Made by a program: the position numbers and the translations under genes
From: Lama guanicoe
Lineage: Eukaryota
NCBI GenBank assembly: GCA_013239625.1
Contig: MU054001.1
Location: 1,181,884 to 1,245,883, forward strand
Direction of reading: 5' to 3'
Length of the DNA stretch: 64,000 nt
Shown: positions 11,791 through 23,639 of the stretch, piece by piece
How positions within the stretch are numbered: the stretch's first letter is position 1
Layout: each line of letters starts with the position of its first letter
Notes under the pieces: model-generated
Databases searched by the model: none
What the model was told of the DNA's origin: nothing
Seen by the model: only the letters and a program-made list of their open reading frames with translations

Positions 11791-12231
11791 CCTCTAAAGG
11801 GTGCGATGAGGAAATGGGCTAAACGCCTCTAAATTCGGTCTTCGCCCAGATGACTTTTGAGTCATCCCCTGCAGGGTCTGTGAAAAGGCTCAGGCAAGAG
11901 GAAAGGAGGTTAGGCTCCGCCACAGGCCGGGCTTACTCCTGTCACTTCCCAGGCCTTGGGAGAGGAATGGCTTGCGTTAACAAATCCAAGTGGGGAAGCG
12001 TTTCTGGGGGGGAGGTTCTTGTTTAATATACCAACTCACTATAACACTGTGTCATTTTTAACCATTTTAATATTCCGGGCTCCTTTCCCTAGCTGTTTCC
12101 CACTGGGACCCAGGTTCTAGGATCTCAAGGCTAAGTCTACCCATCCTGCCCTGGACTGAGCCCACAACAAGGTTGGAGGAGAGAAGCCAGAAATATCCTT
12201 TCCTCCTCCACCCAAGACTTGTGCCCTTTCT

Positions 12232-12385
12232 CTAGGGTTTGGCTTCCAGAAGCAGACCTCTGAGTTCTGAAACGATGTCTGTGAGATCAAACGGCAGAGG
12301 CATCGAAGGATCATCCTTCTCCCAATATGGCCGGCATTCTGGCTTCTGGTCCGCGGGGAGAGATCGGGCAATTCGGCACTGGCAC
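12232..12385 (-). CDS. FTO: FTO alpha-ketoglutarate-dependent dioxygenase, terminal coding exon (exon 9 in human numbering), last 50 aa plus TAG stop
   Basis: Minus-strand translation (G)|[50 protein letters not shown] matches the recalled human FTO C-terminus ([50 protein letters not shown]). It is preceded by a canonical acceptor (ctacctcttcttactcttccag|G, AG at 12387-12386). Length 154 nt = 1 + 51 codons (phase-2 intron). Confidence 0.97.
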
Positions 12386-12619
12386 CTGGAAGAGTAAGAA
12401 GAGGTAGCTGATCCCTGGGAGGAAATGCCTGGAAGACCCAGACCCACGGCGGGCAACCTGGAGCCACACTGCCAGACGCCCCGGTGGCGCTCCTCCGTGG
12501 CGGCGGTGCTGATACGGGAGAATGAGGTTGGGAGGCAGAAAGCAGATGTGTTTAGAAGAAGGAAGAATTCTTTCTGGTGTTGGGACTTCTTTCTTTTTCA
12601 ATTCCCAGCTCTGTATGAA

Positions 12620-13130
12620 CTCTAATGGCTTTGTAAAAGCCAATCATCAGGGAAATTCAGTTACTCTGCCTTTAAAACGGTGAATTATTTTTTTCATTAT
12701 CTCAACTGTTATTTAAAGTGTGTGATTAAGCCATTATCAGATTTAAATGTTTGTGGGATTTCCATGTATTACTAGATTACTGGGAAAGATTAAATTGAAT
12801 TTACTGCATTAAAACGTCCAAGAATAGATTAAACAATATTACAGACCGGGATTGACTCTGGAGATCCTGGAGATTTACAAGTGTCCCCGCTTGCTGTGCT
12901 CAGGAAAAGGCACTCCAAGGAGAGACCGATTTGTAAGGATATATGCAAATAGAGGTTAATAATCATTTCCACTGATGAATAGGTGGGGAAAACTTCCACA
13001 AAATTAAATTAAGAGGCTAGCAAGAATTACTCCCTAAGGAAAACACTTAAATCACGGTTTTTATTAAATGGATTATTCATCAATAGTGGAGAAATTAATT
13101 ATCATATGCCACGAAATTACAGCCCCGGAG
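12620..13130. promoter_or_regulatory. Candidate conserved non-coding element just upstream of the terminal exon
   Basis: Repeat-free, AT-rich, dense TAAT/ATTA cores, octamer ATGCAAAT at 12943-12950. Confidence 0.4.
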
Positions 13131-14969
13131 AAAAAAAGTTGGGGCAACACCATCACACCTTGGCAGGCGTTGACCTCTCAGAGAGACCAGCTTATTGGAA
13201 ATCGGTCTGGGAAAGCTCAGTGGCTTTGGCTTTATTTATCTGAAAAATGAGGATCAGGGAGAAGAAAACACAAACGGCAGGAAGGAGTGAACCACTTCTC
13301 TCCTCTCTTGGAGCACATGGTGGTGACAGCGTGTGCACCGAGATAGAAATACTCTGTGTTTATTTGGAAGAGTTGTGTGGTCCTTCCCCTGCACTGTTCT
13401 CTAAATCAATTAAAAAGTGGTCATGCCCACCATCTGTCTTCCGGGTAGGACTCGCTAGGAAGAGGTCAGCGAATGGAATATCCTGGCCCTGCTTCCAAGC
13501 CTGATGGTAGAGAAGGTCCCAACTAACAGAGACATCTTCTTCTCTGGGGAATTATTAATGGTGTGGGGATCCCCACGGGAAAACATACTTCAACTTTACA
13601 CCTATTTTCTCGCGTGGTTAATTGCTCTACCGGCATCCTGTGCACTCAATCCGTCGTACATTACACATAACATTCCAATATATCTTCAGCTCTCTGCATC
13701 GGGCCCTGATAATAGCGTCTGTTAACATGCACTAAGTACTATTATGTAGCACATCACTTCATAAATAATAAGATTAGCTGACCTCAGGGCCCCAAGAAGA
13801 GTAATGTGTTTAAATGTTCTCATTATTTATTTAAAACAAGAATTAAAGCAACAGAAGCTGCTTTTGACAATCCTCTTAGCATAAATATTAAACTGTTTGC
13901 ACTGATAAGCCCACACAGCACTGAAGAACAGAGGGTGCGTTCTGTAGACTACTTAATAGTGATAGGTGTTTGAGACACTGCCGCTCGCGGTCCTGGTTCT
14001 GAGGGAGCATCTCTGTAGTGCTGGAGACAGTCTCTAAATCACATGAAAAGGATGGGCGGAAATTAATATTCAGGGGAAGCTGCGACTAATTACAAAGGAA
14101 CTCGGCAAAGCTTTTTAAATTGTGCTTTCTCTCTGCCTCGGAATCGGAGAGTGATGCTCGATTTACCAGGTAGGGAGAGTTATTCCAAATTGAGCATTTC
14201 AATCTCGCAGTGGATAAATTATCTGTGCACACATTATCCTGCTTGGCAGATTAAAGGGCTATGATAAGTGTTGATCCACCTCGAATATCATAAGGTTTGT
14301 AAAAAGTCAATAGAGATGCTTCTTCACCTGTCAAATGAGTTTTGCCCCCTCCTTTGGAGGAAGTATTAAAAATGTTAACACCTGCTGCAGAAGTTCGCTG
14401 ACACTGTATTGCACAACCATACGGTACACGCCCCCAGGCCCACTCAGTTTTCTTTTGGGGCAAGTTGCTCTGATCTTCTGCTATTGTTCTTTTCAGCCGG
14501 GAAGGCCCAGCTGATGTGGGGACCACCTCCTTCTCACGCAGGCCCTGAGAGGCTGGGAGCTGTGTCTATCCACGGGCTCCCTCCAGGCTTGAGGTAGAGC
14601 CCTTGTTGGGTTTTTCCAGGGCCCCAATTCCGATCTTTCAAGGTCACTTTAAATTTGATCTTAACCAAAAGGCCGAGAAGTGATCAAGGCCACTTAAAAA
14701 CTCTCCCTTTCATGCCCAGTGCTCCTTGCCAGTTTCTCAATGGGAGCCACTGGGCCCAGGAGAGGGCTTGCTGTTGAGGTCATGTATTCACCTACGAGAG
14801 GGGACCGTCAGCCCCAACTCAAATTATACTGTCTGAGTCAACGTCACGCCTGACGGTGGGACTGAAAAAGAAAGGACTGAGAGTGGCTTCAAGGTGTAGC
14901 CCCCTTTGGGTTTTAATTTCTCCTGCTCAAATCACTCATCCTGCCTCTCTTCTGCCTTGATTTCCTAGG

Positions 14970-15240
14970 ATGGAGCAGCACAGTGAGAAGATGCTCTCTG
15001 GACACCAGGAGCCCCTGCTTCCCCGGGGCATGACATCTTGGGTGAGTTTCTTCACCTCGCTGAGCCTCAGCTTCTTGTCAGTCAGGTGGGAATAATGATG
15101 ATGACGGCGATGATGATGATGGTGACGTTGACAGTACCTTACTCACGGGCTTGTTGTGAGGGTTCAATGAATTAACACATACGAAGTGCTTAGAACACTC
15201 TCTGGTGCACAGGACTCAATAATTATTAACTACTACTGTC
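14970..15240 (+). mobile_element. MIR SINE with an internal (GAT)n-like expansion
   Basis: ttgggtgagtttcttcacctcgctgagcctcagcttc...gtacctTactcacgggcttgttgtgagggttcaatga...aagtgcttagaaca. Confidence 0.75.
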
Positions 15241-15584
15241 ATTACTTCTACTACGAGTACCAGTGACGTGGGAGATGCCCCCGAGAGGGCTGCCTGCCGG
15301 TCCTGCGTCAATCCTCCCTACCCACTAACTGGGTGGCTTCTGGATTGGCTCTTTCTAGGGGAAGCTCTGGAGATACAGAAGCAGACTTAGCCGTTCTTCC
15401 TGAAGACCCAGAATTCACAAAACGCGCTGTGGTTGGACTTTCTGAGTGGCGGTTGTTTCGGATTGATTTGGCATTTAAAGGAAAGCAACCCGGACTGTTT
15501 CTCAGCACATGTACTCTGTAGTTCTTGCACAATAAGGGGAGCCCAAGTTCTCTTCAGAAATGTTTTAGGAATCCTGACGGGGGA

Positions 15585-16083
15585 GGACATTTGCTGTCTT
15601 GCATCTGCTCCCATCTTTCCCACAAAGAGGATTCAGATTTTCCTGTGGGGAATCCATCCAGTCCCCATGCTTGGCCACGTGGTTTGAGTGGGACTGGTTC
15701 CATCTCTACAGCAAGGAGAGAGCCTTGACTAGTTTAACTTAATCAGCGCACCCCCTTCTCCCAGCCACAGGGAGTGGTTCAGGGGAGGCACGTGACCCAG
15801 TCTGGGGCTATAGTGAGAGAGGAAATCCGAGGACTGTCCTGGGAGTGAAGGGAAAAAAGACTTTCTCATCTCCTGGTCTATGAACTATTAGGATGTGTGA
15901 TCTGGAACCACCAGAGTCATTTTGCTACCATGCAGCAAGGGGCTGGGTCCTGGGTGATATGGTTTGAGAAGCTGGATCAAGCCTCACCTGAGGCCAGGTT
16001 TGCTTAGACTTTTTCAGTTCCATTGTTATTATTTGAGTTAGGTTTTTCTGTCACCTGCAACCCAAAGAGTCCTGGCTGATATA
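15585..16083 (+). mobile_element. MLT1 (MaLR) solo LTR, MLT1K-like
   Basis: gccacagggagtggttcaggggaggcacgtgaccca...gagttaggtttttctgtcacctgcaacccaaagagtcctggctgata. Confidence 0.75.
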
Positions 16084-17914
16084 CTGGCCATGCATCTCAC
16101 CTCTCAGTGACCTGCAGCCTTGTAAGCATCCACTGCCGTGGCCCTGCCTGCCCTATGGATGCTGATGGTCCTCCCTCCAAACAGAGATGCTGCTGCTGAT
16201 ACAGTGTAGTGTGTGCAGAGATCGTCTACACACGAAGGCATGAAAACCCTGGCTTTCATTTTTGATTCAAATAATATTTCCATTTGGGACAAATTTCTAC
16301 CCAGAAAATAAGAGAGTACTGGTGTCATCTACACTGGACTTTGCGTCAAAAGAAGCCAGTGTTAATGGCTGGAGCTGCAGGATCTTTCTAAAGAAAGTTA
16401 AACAAAACAAAACAAAACATTTCCCTAAACTCAGTGTTCCCAAGGATAGCAGATCATTCTGAACCCAGCGAAACAGTAAGAAACTTACAGTTTCCCCTTT
16501 CAACCTTGTCCTCTCTGCTCCCATCCTAAAGAAAAATCCTCTTTTGAGTGCTCTGGGTTAGCAAACAAACTCAGACCTACTCAGAAAACCCTGCTCCTCT
16601 AACGAAGCGTTACAAGGGGAGGAAACGATGATAATATCTACTTCATCTCTCTCTGCCTTCCAAATTCACATCATTTCAATCCAGAGGCCTCTGTGAGCCA
16701 CCCTCAAAACTCTTGCTACTTAGGAATGGTTTTTCCCTGAACGACCTAGTGATGTAACAGGAAGCAACTGAAAGGTATCACATTGGCTGGCTCGTTAGCA
16801 GCTTGTCCAGAGGGCCCAGGTCGTCCCCTCCCACAGGTGTAACTCATGCAGGGCCCCACTGCCCGCTGACTCCCCCAGGGCTGCACTTAACGTTTGGGTG
16901 ATCGGGATTGCAGCTACATTAGTGAACACTGGTCGCCATGCTAAAATTAACCACTTTAGCTAAAGTGTGTGTTAATTATGGGTATGCAAGCCGTCAATAA
17001 AAGGTTAATGCAAGAGTCAAAGGATAAATTTCTTCCCTCATTGCATCACTTCACCGACTAAATGACTAACATTATACTTTGTGTTTTTAATCAATAGGCT
17101 TTACAGTAATGTGCTGGCCATTGATTTTAAGGAAACACATACAGTCTTCCTCCTGGTCCCTAAATTTTACAACAAATAAAGAAGGACAGGTAACATTTCC
17201 ATTATTCGTGATGAAATGATACAGATTTTGGGAGTAATGGTCCGGCTAGAAGATTCACTGGGATAAGCAAGCTTAAAAAAAGGAGTACAAAAAACTAGAA
17301 CTTGGTGGAGAAATATCAGCAAGCATGGGCCACCGAGGAGACAAGAAAAATGAAATCCTAAGAGAGAATTCTTTAACGCGAAAGAAGAGAGTAACTCCTG
17401 ATTAAAATAAATGCATTCGGTATATAGTTTAAGCGTCCCAAAGAATCTTAATACGCAGCACTGTTTTATTCTATTTTCCCAGTAACCTGAGAGGGACGGA
17501 GAGGTAGGTGTCTGATCCCCATTCTGTGTGAGGGCCGCCTTGCTCAAGGTTAATCCAATGGCAGGTGGGGCAGTGGGGGCGGGCAGACCCTGGACATCTG
17601 CCTGACGGCCCTTTCCACCAGCTCCCATCTTTCTCATGGATTCCCATTTGGACCCAAATGGGCCCTATTCCCTGACTACTTGGCTTTTCTTGCCAAATTT
17701 AGACATTCAGGAGATTCCAAACCATTTCAGGGGAAAGAAAGGAGCAAAATGTTATTTCACAGTTCTAGGACAATCATTACGGCACATGACTGACAAAACT
17801 TTGTCTTCTTCTCATTCTAATGACTTTAGAGGTTCCAGTAGCGTAAGTGTCTGTTGTCTATAGAGATGAAAGATACACCTTCACTTTTAAGAGCATAAAC
17901 TACTTCTAATTATA

Positions 17915-18106
17915 CAATCATCCTTTGGTATCCTCAGGGGATTGGTTCCAGGACCCCCCATCCGCGGACGCTCAAGTCCCTTCAGTCAACCCTCCACCTC
18001 CTTGGGTTTTGCATCCACAGATATGGAGGATCAACTATATATTTATTGAAAAAAAATCCATGAATAAGGGGACCTGCATAGTTCAAACTTGTTTAGTGGT
18101 CAAATG
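17915..18106. mobile_element. TcMar-Tigger MITE (MER2/MER8-like)
   Basis: TA-flanked; caatcatcctttggtatcctcaggggattggttccaggacccc...ggacctgcatagttcaaac...ggtcaaatg. Confidence 0.8.
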
Positions 18107-20620
18107 TATTCCCTGGGGTGACATCTTAGTTTCTTCAACTGTTACACGAAGTTAATGTTCCTTTCCTTCTTTGGACTATGTGAAGATAAAATAAAAAAAT
18201 GTATATAAAAGCCTTTTAAAATATGCAGAGTACCACACAAGCGTAGAATTATGCCTCAGTAGCCCTTTCCTATGTGACACAAATTCTGTATTTAAAACAC
18301 AGTTGATCAGGCAATGTTGGTTGGGGGGCTTGTAGCACTAAAAAAACAAGTGTGAAAGGCATCACGCTTCTGACCACTGGAGCAGCTTAACCTCAGACAT
18401 TCATCAGAAAATATCCTAGGACTGAAAAAGAGCCCTCTTCTTCAAGTCCGAGTTTTTTTCTGGAACTCTAACGTGCCGTGAGGAGGGGACAGTCATTCTG
18501 GCTCCTGTTAAACGTGGGCCTGTATGAGGGTGGTGGCCACATCGGACTACGTCCCCTCCAACAGTGTAAACCGGCATCGGGGTTAAGAGGCCTCACTCAC
18601 GCAGAAAACCGTGATGTGGTGTCACATCCAATCTGTTCAACCTGTAAAACCCAACTGCCAGGACCAGCACGGGAGAAGCGGGAAATGACAACATACAGGG
18701 GCAACAGCCTCCTGAGTGGGCGTCTGTGCTCTGGAGGGAGCCCCCGACCAACAGGGGACCTGAACACTCTCCGCTCTCAGTTTCGCCAGGTCTGGTAGAG
18801 TCGCAGTATCTTGCCAAGCAGAGTGATTCCAGGGTTTAAAGAGAAGTTATTTTTCATATTACATGGGCTCTAAATCCCTGACAGTACTTTACGCACAATT
18901 TAAGGGATTTCATGAAGACTTCCGACTCTCTCTGACATCTACCTTAAACATGACATTTCAAATCCCACCTTGGGTACCTTGGGTTCCTTGTACCGTTTTT
19001 CATGGCCTCACTATGCTTTGTTCCAAAAATCTGTCTTAGAGGTGAGAAGAGCATGCAGTCCTGTTTATGATCAACTCCCCCCGACACTCTAAATCCTTTG
19101 AAAATAGTGAGTGAATGAGTTTATAACTTGTCTTCTTGGACTTTGTGTTGCCGCCACCATGGCTCTGTGGACAACTCTGCAGAGACTGAGCTGGCCTGTC
19201 ACACCTATCACGATGGTCACTTTCAACAAAGTGGTTTTCATAAAATCAGCTTGTTTAATCTGCATAACTCAGTTTACCGACTGCAGAACCACGAAGCAAA
19301 ACCAACTCCTGAGTGAGTTCCAACAAAGGACATGTTCACTTTCTCTTCGAAAGGCTTTTAACCTCTTGCCTCTGTACCACGTTAATGTTTCCAGATCAGT
19401 AAAGTCAACACACATCAGAGGGAGGAAAAGCCACACTTTAGCCCCTGGGTTAAGTTTTTTTTCCCCCCCCAGGTCAATGTACCTTTTTAGCAGTTAGTAT
19501 TTTTTCAGCCATGACCACTTGAGAAGCTAGACTTAACTTCTGGTTAATGTAAGAATCTACTTTGGGGCCCCCCACTTCGGGGAAGAAAGAAGAAGCTTAC
19601 TAGAAAGAAGCTTGCTTGGGTGCTTTAAAAACCAAATATCCCCAAATGCTTTTGAACACCAAGATCACGCCATTCGGTACTCGGATCACCAGCCATTTTG
19701 CGAATCATTGTGCTGCTCAGCATGGATAACCCGGTGTCTGGATCTGAGTCAATCCATCAGCATATTAACGGAGTGTCTACTGTGAGTCTATGCTGCTCCC
19801 TCACTGGGCGGACAAGGGAGGAACACAGGCAAAGCCCGGCTGCTGCAAACAGCTGGGTTCCCCACGTCTGTCTGAAACTCAACATTTTCTATGTAAATAA
19901 TGGTTCTCATTGTTCCGAATTCTCCTCGACACCACTATTTCCTATAATTCCTCTGAAATACGGCATTAATATACTACATAGCCCAGTAACCATGAATATC
20001 AGGGTGTTTTGTCTTTAATGAAAATGAACATTTAGGGTTCCAACTTGGGATCCAAGAAGGAATTTCCTTTAATAAGGGCTTCCTGTCCTCCTGGTGTGGA
20101 ACCAGGGTTTCGTCCCATCTTCAGATCACTGCTAAGAGCTCCTCTGACCTATGGCAGCGGCTCCACCCAAGAAGAGAAGACCCTGGGATGAGGGGTAAGG
20201 TGCTCTGAGAGTAGCTCGAAGAGGTCAACAGATGAAGAGACAAGGACCAAAGACCTCTTGCAGGTATAAAAGTCAGGGGCACTTTCTGGTAGTTGAATGG
20301 CTTAAAGGCATCTCTGCTCTTTCAGGGTCCAGGGGAAATGCCGCGCCCTCCTCCCTTCTTCTGGACTATCTGCTGCCTCCTCCAGAGCATCTTCCCAACC
20401 CACGTGATTACACAGTGCAACCCTCACATCTCCTTACCCCCTGCCCTTGTAAGTTTTTCAGAGGTTTCCGTTGCTCTGGAAGATGCTATAAAGAAATTCT
20501 ATCTCACGCCAATGCTTCTCTGCTGACATCTCCTCTTAGACCAAAGAAATCGAATAATGCTAATAGAAACATTAAAAATAGCCAATAATAAATAAGTGTC
20601 AGGCCCTATATATGTCTTCC

Positions 20621-20763
20621 TTTTTTTTCATTTTTATTTTTTGAGGGGGGGATGTAATTAGGGTTATTTATTTATTTATTTACTTGATGAGGTACTGGAG
20701 ATTGAAGCTAGGACCTTATGCATGTGAAGCATGCACTCTGCCACTGAGCTACACCCTGCCCCC
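20621..20763 (-). mobile_element. tRNA-Ala-derived vic-1-type SINE, long form, inserted in a MIR
   Basis: Reverse complement reads ggggcagggtgtagctcagtggcagagtgcatgcttcacatgcataaggtcctagcttcaatctccagtacctc-(aaat)n-aaccctaattacatcccccc-polyA; short gtcttc direct repeat on both flanks. Confidence 0.82.
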
Positions 20764-20769
20764 TAGTCT

Positions 20770-20900
20770 TCTAATTAAATGCCCTCGAATGGAAACTGAG
20801 GCCCAGAAAATTAACAAACTTGCCCAAGATTTCACAGCTAAAGAAAGGAGGGGGTCAGGATTTTGGTAAAATTGTCTGACTCCAAATCTCATGCCCCTTT
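20770..20900 (-). mobile_element. MIR SINE
   Basis: ggaaactgaggcccagaaaattaacaaacttgcccaagatttcacagcta...gtctgactccaaa. Confidence 0.75.
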
Positions 20901-22934
20901 GTACTATTTCAAAACACAGACATCAAAAGAATCATTTTGGGTCCTTGTTATCAATAGTTTTTCAAAGGCACCTAGCCCCAAGCCAGACTCTCCAGAGAAG
21001 GGTCCTGTCCATCTGATTTTTCACAAGTAGTTCTCTGGATCAGGCCAGTTTGTGAAAACACTGCTCCATGTTAACCTGCCACAAAAGACCACAAAGATGC
21101 TGAAGGCAGAAAGTGGTGAGGGGATGCGTGGGTGTCTCTGGGTCCACAGAGAACCCACATTAAATTCATCTCTATTTCAGAGGACACCAGATTCAGGGTC
21201 AGCCCTTGCAGATCCGCAACTCCGCCCCCTAAGTAGGCAACTGGTAACTCTGCAGGGTCCGGGACATAGGACAGGCCTCCTGGAGTCCTTCCCCCTATTT
21301 CAAGGACTCTGGCAGCCCTGCGGAACCACTTAATATGTGAGAGGACTTGGCCCACCACTGTGGTATACCCAGGAGGTGGAGGTTTGAGAACAATTTTATC
21401 CCTGGGTTCATTTATCGGCTTGTCAGTTACATAATGATAGCGATGAATGGGCTACTTTGACAGCTGAACATTTAGGAGCTGCTGACCTCTGATCTCTGGT
21501 CACATGATAGGGTCACCTGAAACTTGCATGACTTCTACCTGGCCGGGGGTAACAATATAAAGGTCAAATCGGCCGGACGGTTATATGAATCAAGTCTGAG
21601 GTGGCTTGGTTGGGAGTTTTAAGAGAGGCCGGGTAGGGTTCCTCGGCACACAAAGCTATGGAACCAGTGCAGAAATGTGCTCAACAAAAGATATACAATT
21701 TCAAAGCAGTCTAGAGTAACTTTCCTTGCAAGGGAATAGAATGAACTCATTATTTTTAAAGGGCAACAATGAAAACAAACACTTTGGAAGAAAATATATT
21801 CTGCCGCTGACTTTGCCATTGGGAGGGAAAGTGTGCAGGCGTAGGACTTAATGAGTGATATTAATGCCATACCTGCGACGTGGCAGAGGGTCCAATTTGA
21901 TGCAATTACTGGAACAAAATCCCCACCGGGTAGTATCAAGCCCTCCTTTCAGCCATAGAATCCGGTCTCCCCACTGTCCTCTGTCAGCACAGTATCCCAC
22001 AAAGGACCATGACTGACAAAAGATAACCCTTTCCAAATTTCATGGTTTGCCTGTTGCTCGGAACTGAAGTGAAGTTTGCCTGGGACCATCTCAAACTTCA
22101 GAAAGATTCTAGGATGACTTCTGATCAGAAATTCAAGGCAGCTGTGATTTTTAAATGCACTATCACATTTTCAAAAACATTTCTCCTTGCACACCTGAAG
22201 ATCCTGCTTTTTGACTATTTGCTTAAATTCCATTTACTCAGAATCAGATAACGGCGGTCACAGAGGTAACGGATACAGTTAGGAAAATGAAAGCTAAAAG
22301 GCCAACGCCATCGATTTCCAGAATCTAGAAACTTCATAACCTGCGGAAGAAGCAGACTTTATAGAGGAATCTGATTTACATCACGAGCTTGTTTTCTGCC
22401 AAGAATTTTTCTTTCCCCTGCAAAGTCAAAGACCGACAGACTGTGTTGGAGCAGAATCTACTCACTCTTGAGAAAGGAGCAGAGCAAAGGACGATGGCTT
22501 ACAGAATAAGAGGCCAGCTGTTCTGACTTTGGAACGCTCATTTGAGTTGTAAGCTGTGAAATAAATTTGAGCTGATGCCTCTCCCATCTGCTCACCTGTC
22601 AGTCTATTTCCACTGTGCTGCTGTTTTTAGAAATACTTCCGTGTAACCTGCTTAATTGGTTTTTGGAGGCCGAGGAACAGCTCCCAAGTTTAGTTTAACC
22701 TTATACAGAACATGAGGCCACTGGGCCTTTGTTTCTCTTCTCTTCTTTAAGAACACTCACTAACAAGTCAAGAGCACTTACACAGAAAACTTGATGGAGC
22801 CCCAAACCCACAGTGGGGAGTGGGGAGCAGTCCAAAACTCAGAATTAAAAAAAATGGCGGGCCAAAACAGAATGCCAGTTTCTCCAGGACATACCAGTCT
22901 TCTGATGAATTTATGCTCTGCACCAGTTTAAATG

Positions 22935-23336
22935 CTAAGTCCAAGTCAAAATTCTTATAATGGACCTCAGGTCCCTATGCGACCTCCCCCCTCCCCACCC
23001 CTATTCCCTGATCTCTTTCCACTTGTCCACTGTTCCCTTTGCCCCCGTTATACTGCCTCATTTGCTCTTCCTTGAACAGGCAAAGAGTGCTCTTGGGGTG
23101 TTTGTATCTGCTATGTCTTCAGCTGTGAAAACTCTTCCCCTAAGAGATCCACATGGCTTGCTCGCCCTTTCCTTCAGGCAATACTGCTTGAACGCGGTCC
23201 AGTCAGCGAGGTCCAATCCTAGCCAGTCCTGCTTACGACAACATCGCCCCTTCCTCCCCACCCAACCCCAGTACTCCCCGCTCCCCAGCTTCCTTCCCTG
23301 CCCTACTTTTCTCCACGGCACTTGATACCATTTGTG

Positions 23337-23369
<33 letters not shown>

Positions 23370-23470
23370 CTAAGCTCCTAGAAGGCGGGATTTCTGTCTG
23401 TTTTACTCACTGCTACACTCTCCAAGCCTAGAGCTGAGTTGGCACATTGAAGTCACAATAAACACAGTGG
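22935..23470 (+). mobile_element. L2 (L2a-like) 3' region
   Basis: ctcttccttgaacaggcaaag...taagctcctagaaggcgggatttctgtctgttttactcactgcta...ggcacattgaagtcacaataaa. Confidence 0.8.
23339..23366. repeat. (GT)14 microsatellite
   Basis: Perfect dinucleotide run. Confidence 0.95.
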
Positions 23471-23639
23471 GACGCACAAATGATTGAAAGCAACTTGCAT
23501 CTGTACCTTCTTAAAATAGAACCAGTCTCTCTGCAATATAACCAATTTTATGACAATGACAGTAAAAGTACAAGGCACAATCAAAGGAGGAATCATAACA
23601 GTGTCATTATTACCCGCTGACAAAGAGGATGAGATGGTA

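Larger units (their letters stand above)
10015..12231 (-). other. FTO: FTO 3' UTR (distal end uncertain; alternative or longer ends possible)
   Basis: Follows the stop codon. Minus-strand poly(A) hexamers occur at 12066-12071 (ATTAAA), 11507-11517 (overlapping AATAAA/ATTAAA), 10354-10359 (AATAAA) and 10022-10036 (AATAAA plus ATTAAA). Confidence 0.6.

Noticed and set aside
12386..12456. N-terminal part ([23 protein letters not shown]) of ORF 12232..12456
   Set aside because: Intronic read-through across the polypyrimidine tract. FTO similarity begins only at the acceptor, and the upstream AGs (+22, +29, +43 nt) would all shift the frame.
15308..15532. Protein-like ORF (SIRNNRHSESPTTARF...) on the FTO strand
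   Set aside because: Not similar to FTO, no convincing flanking splice sites, and wedged between a MIR and an MLT1 LTR.
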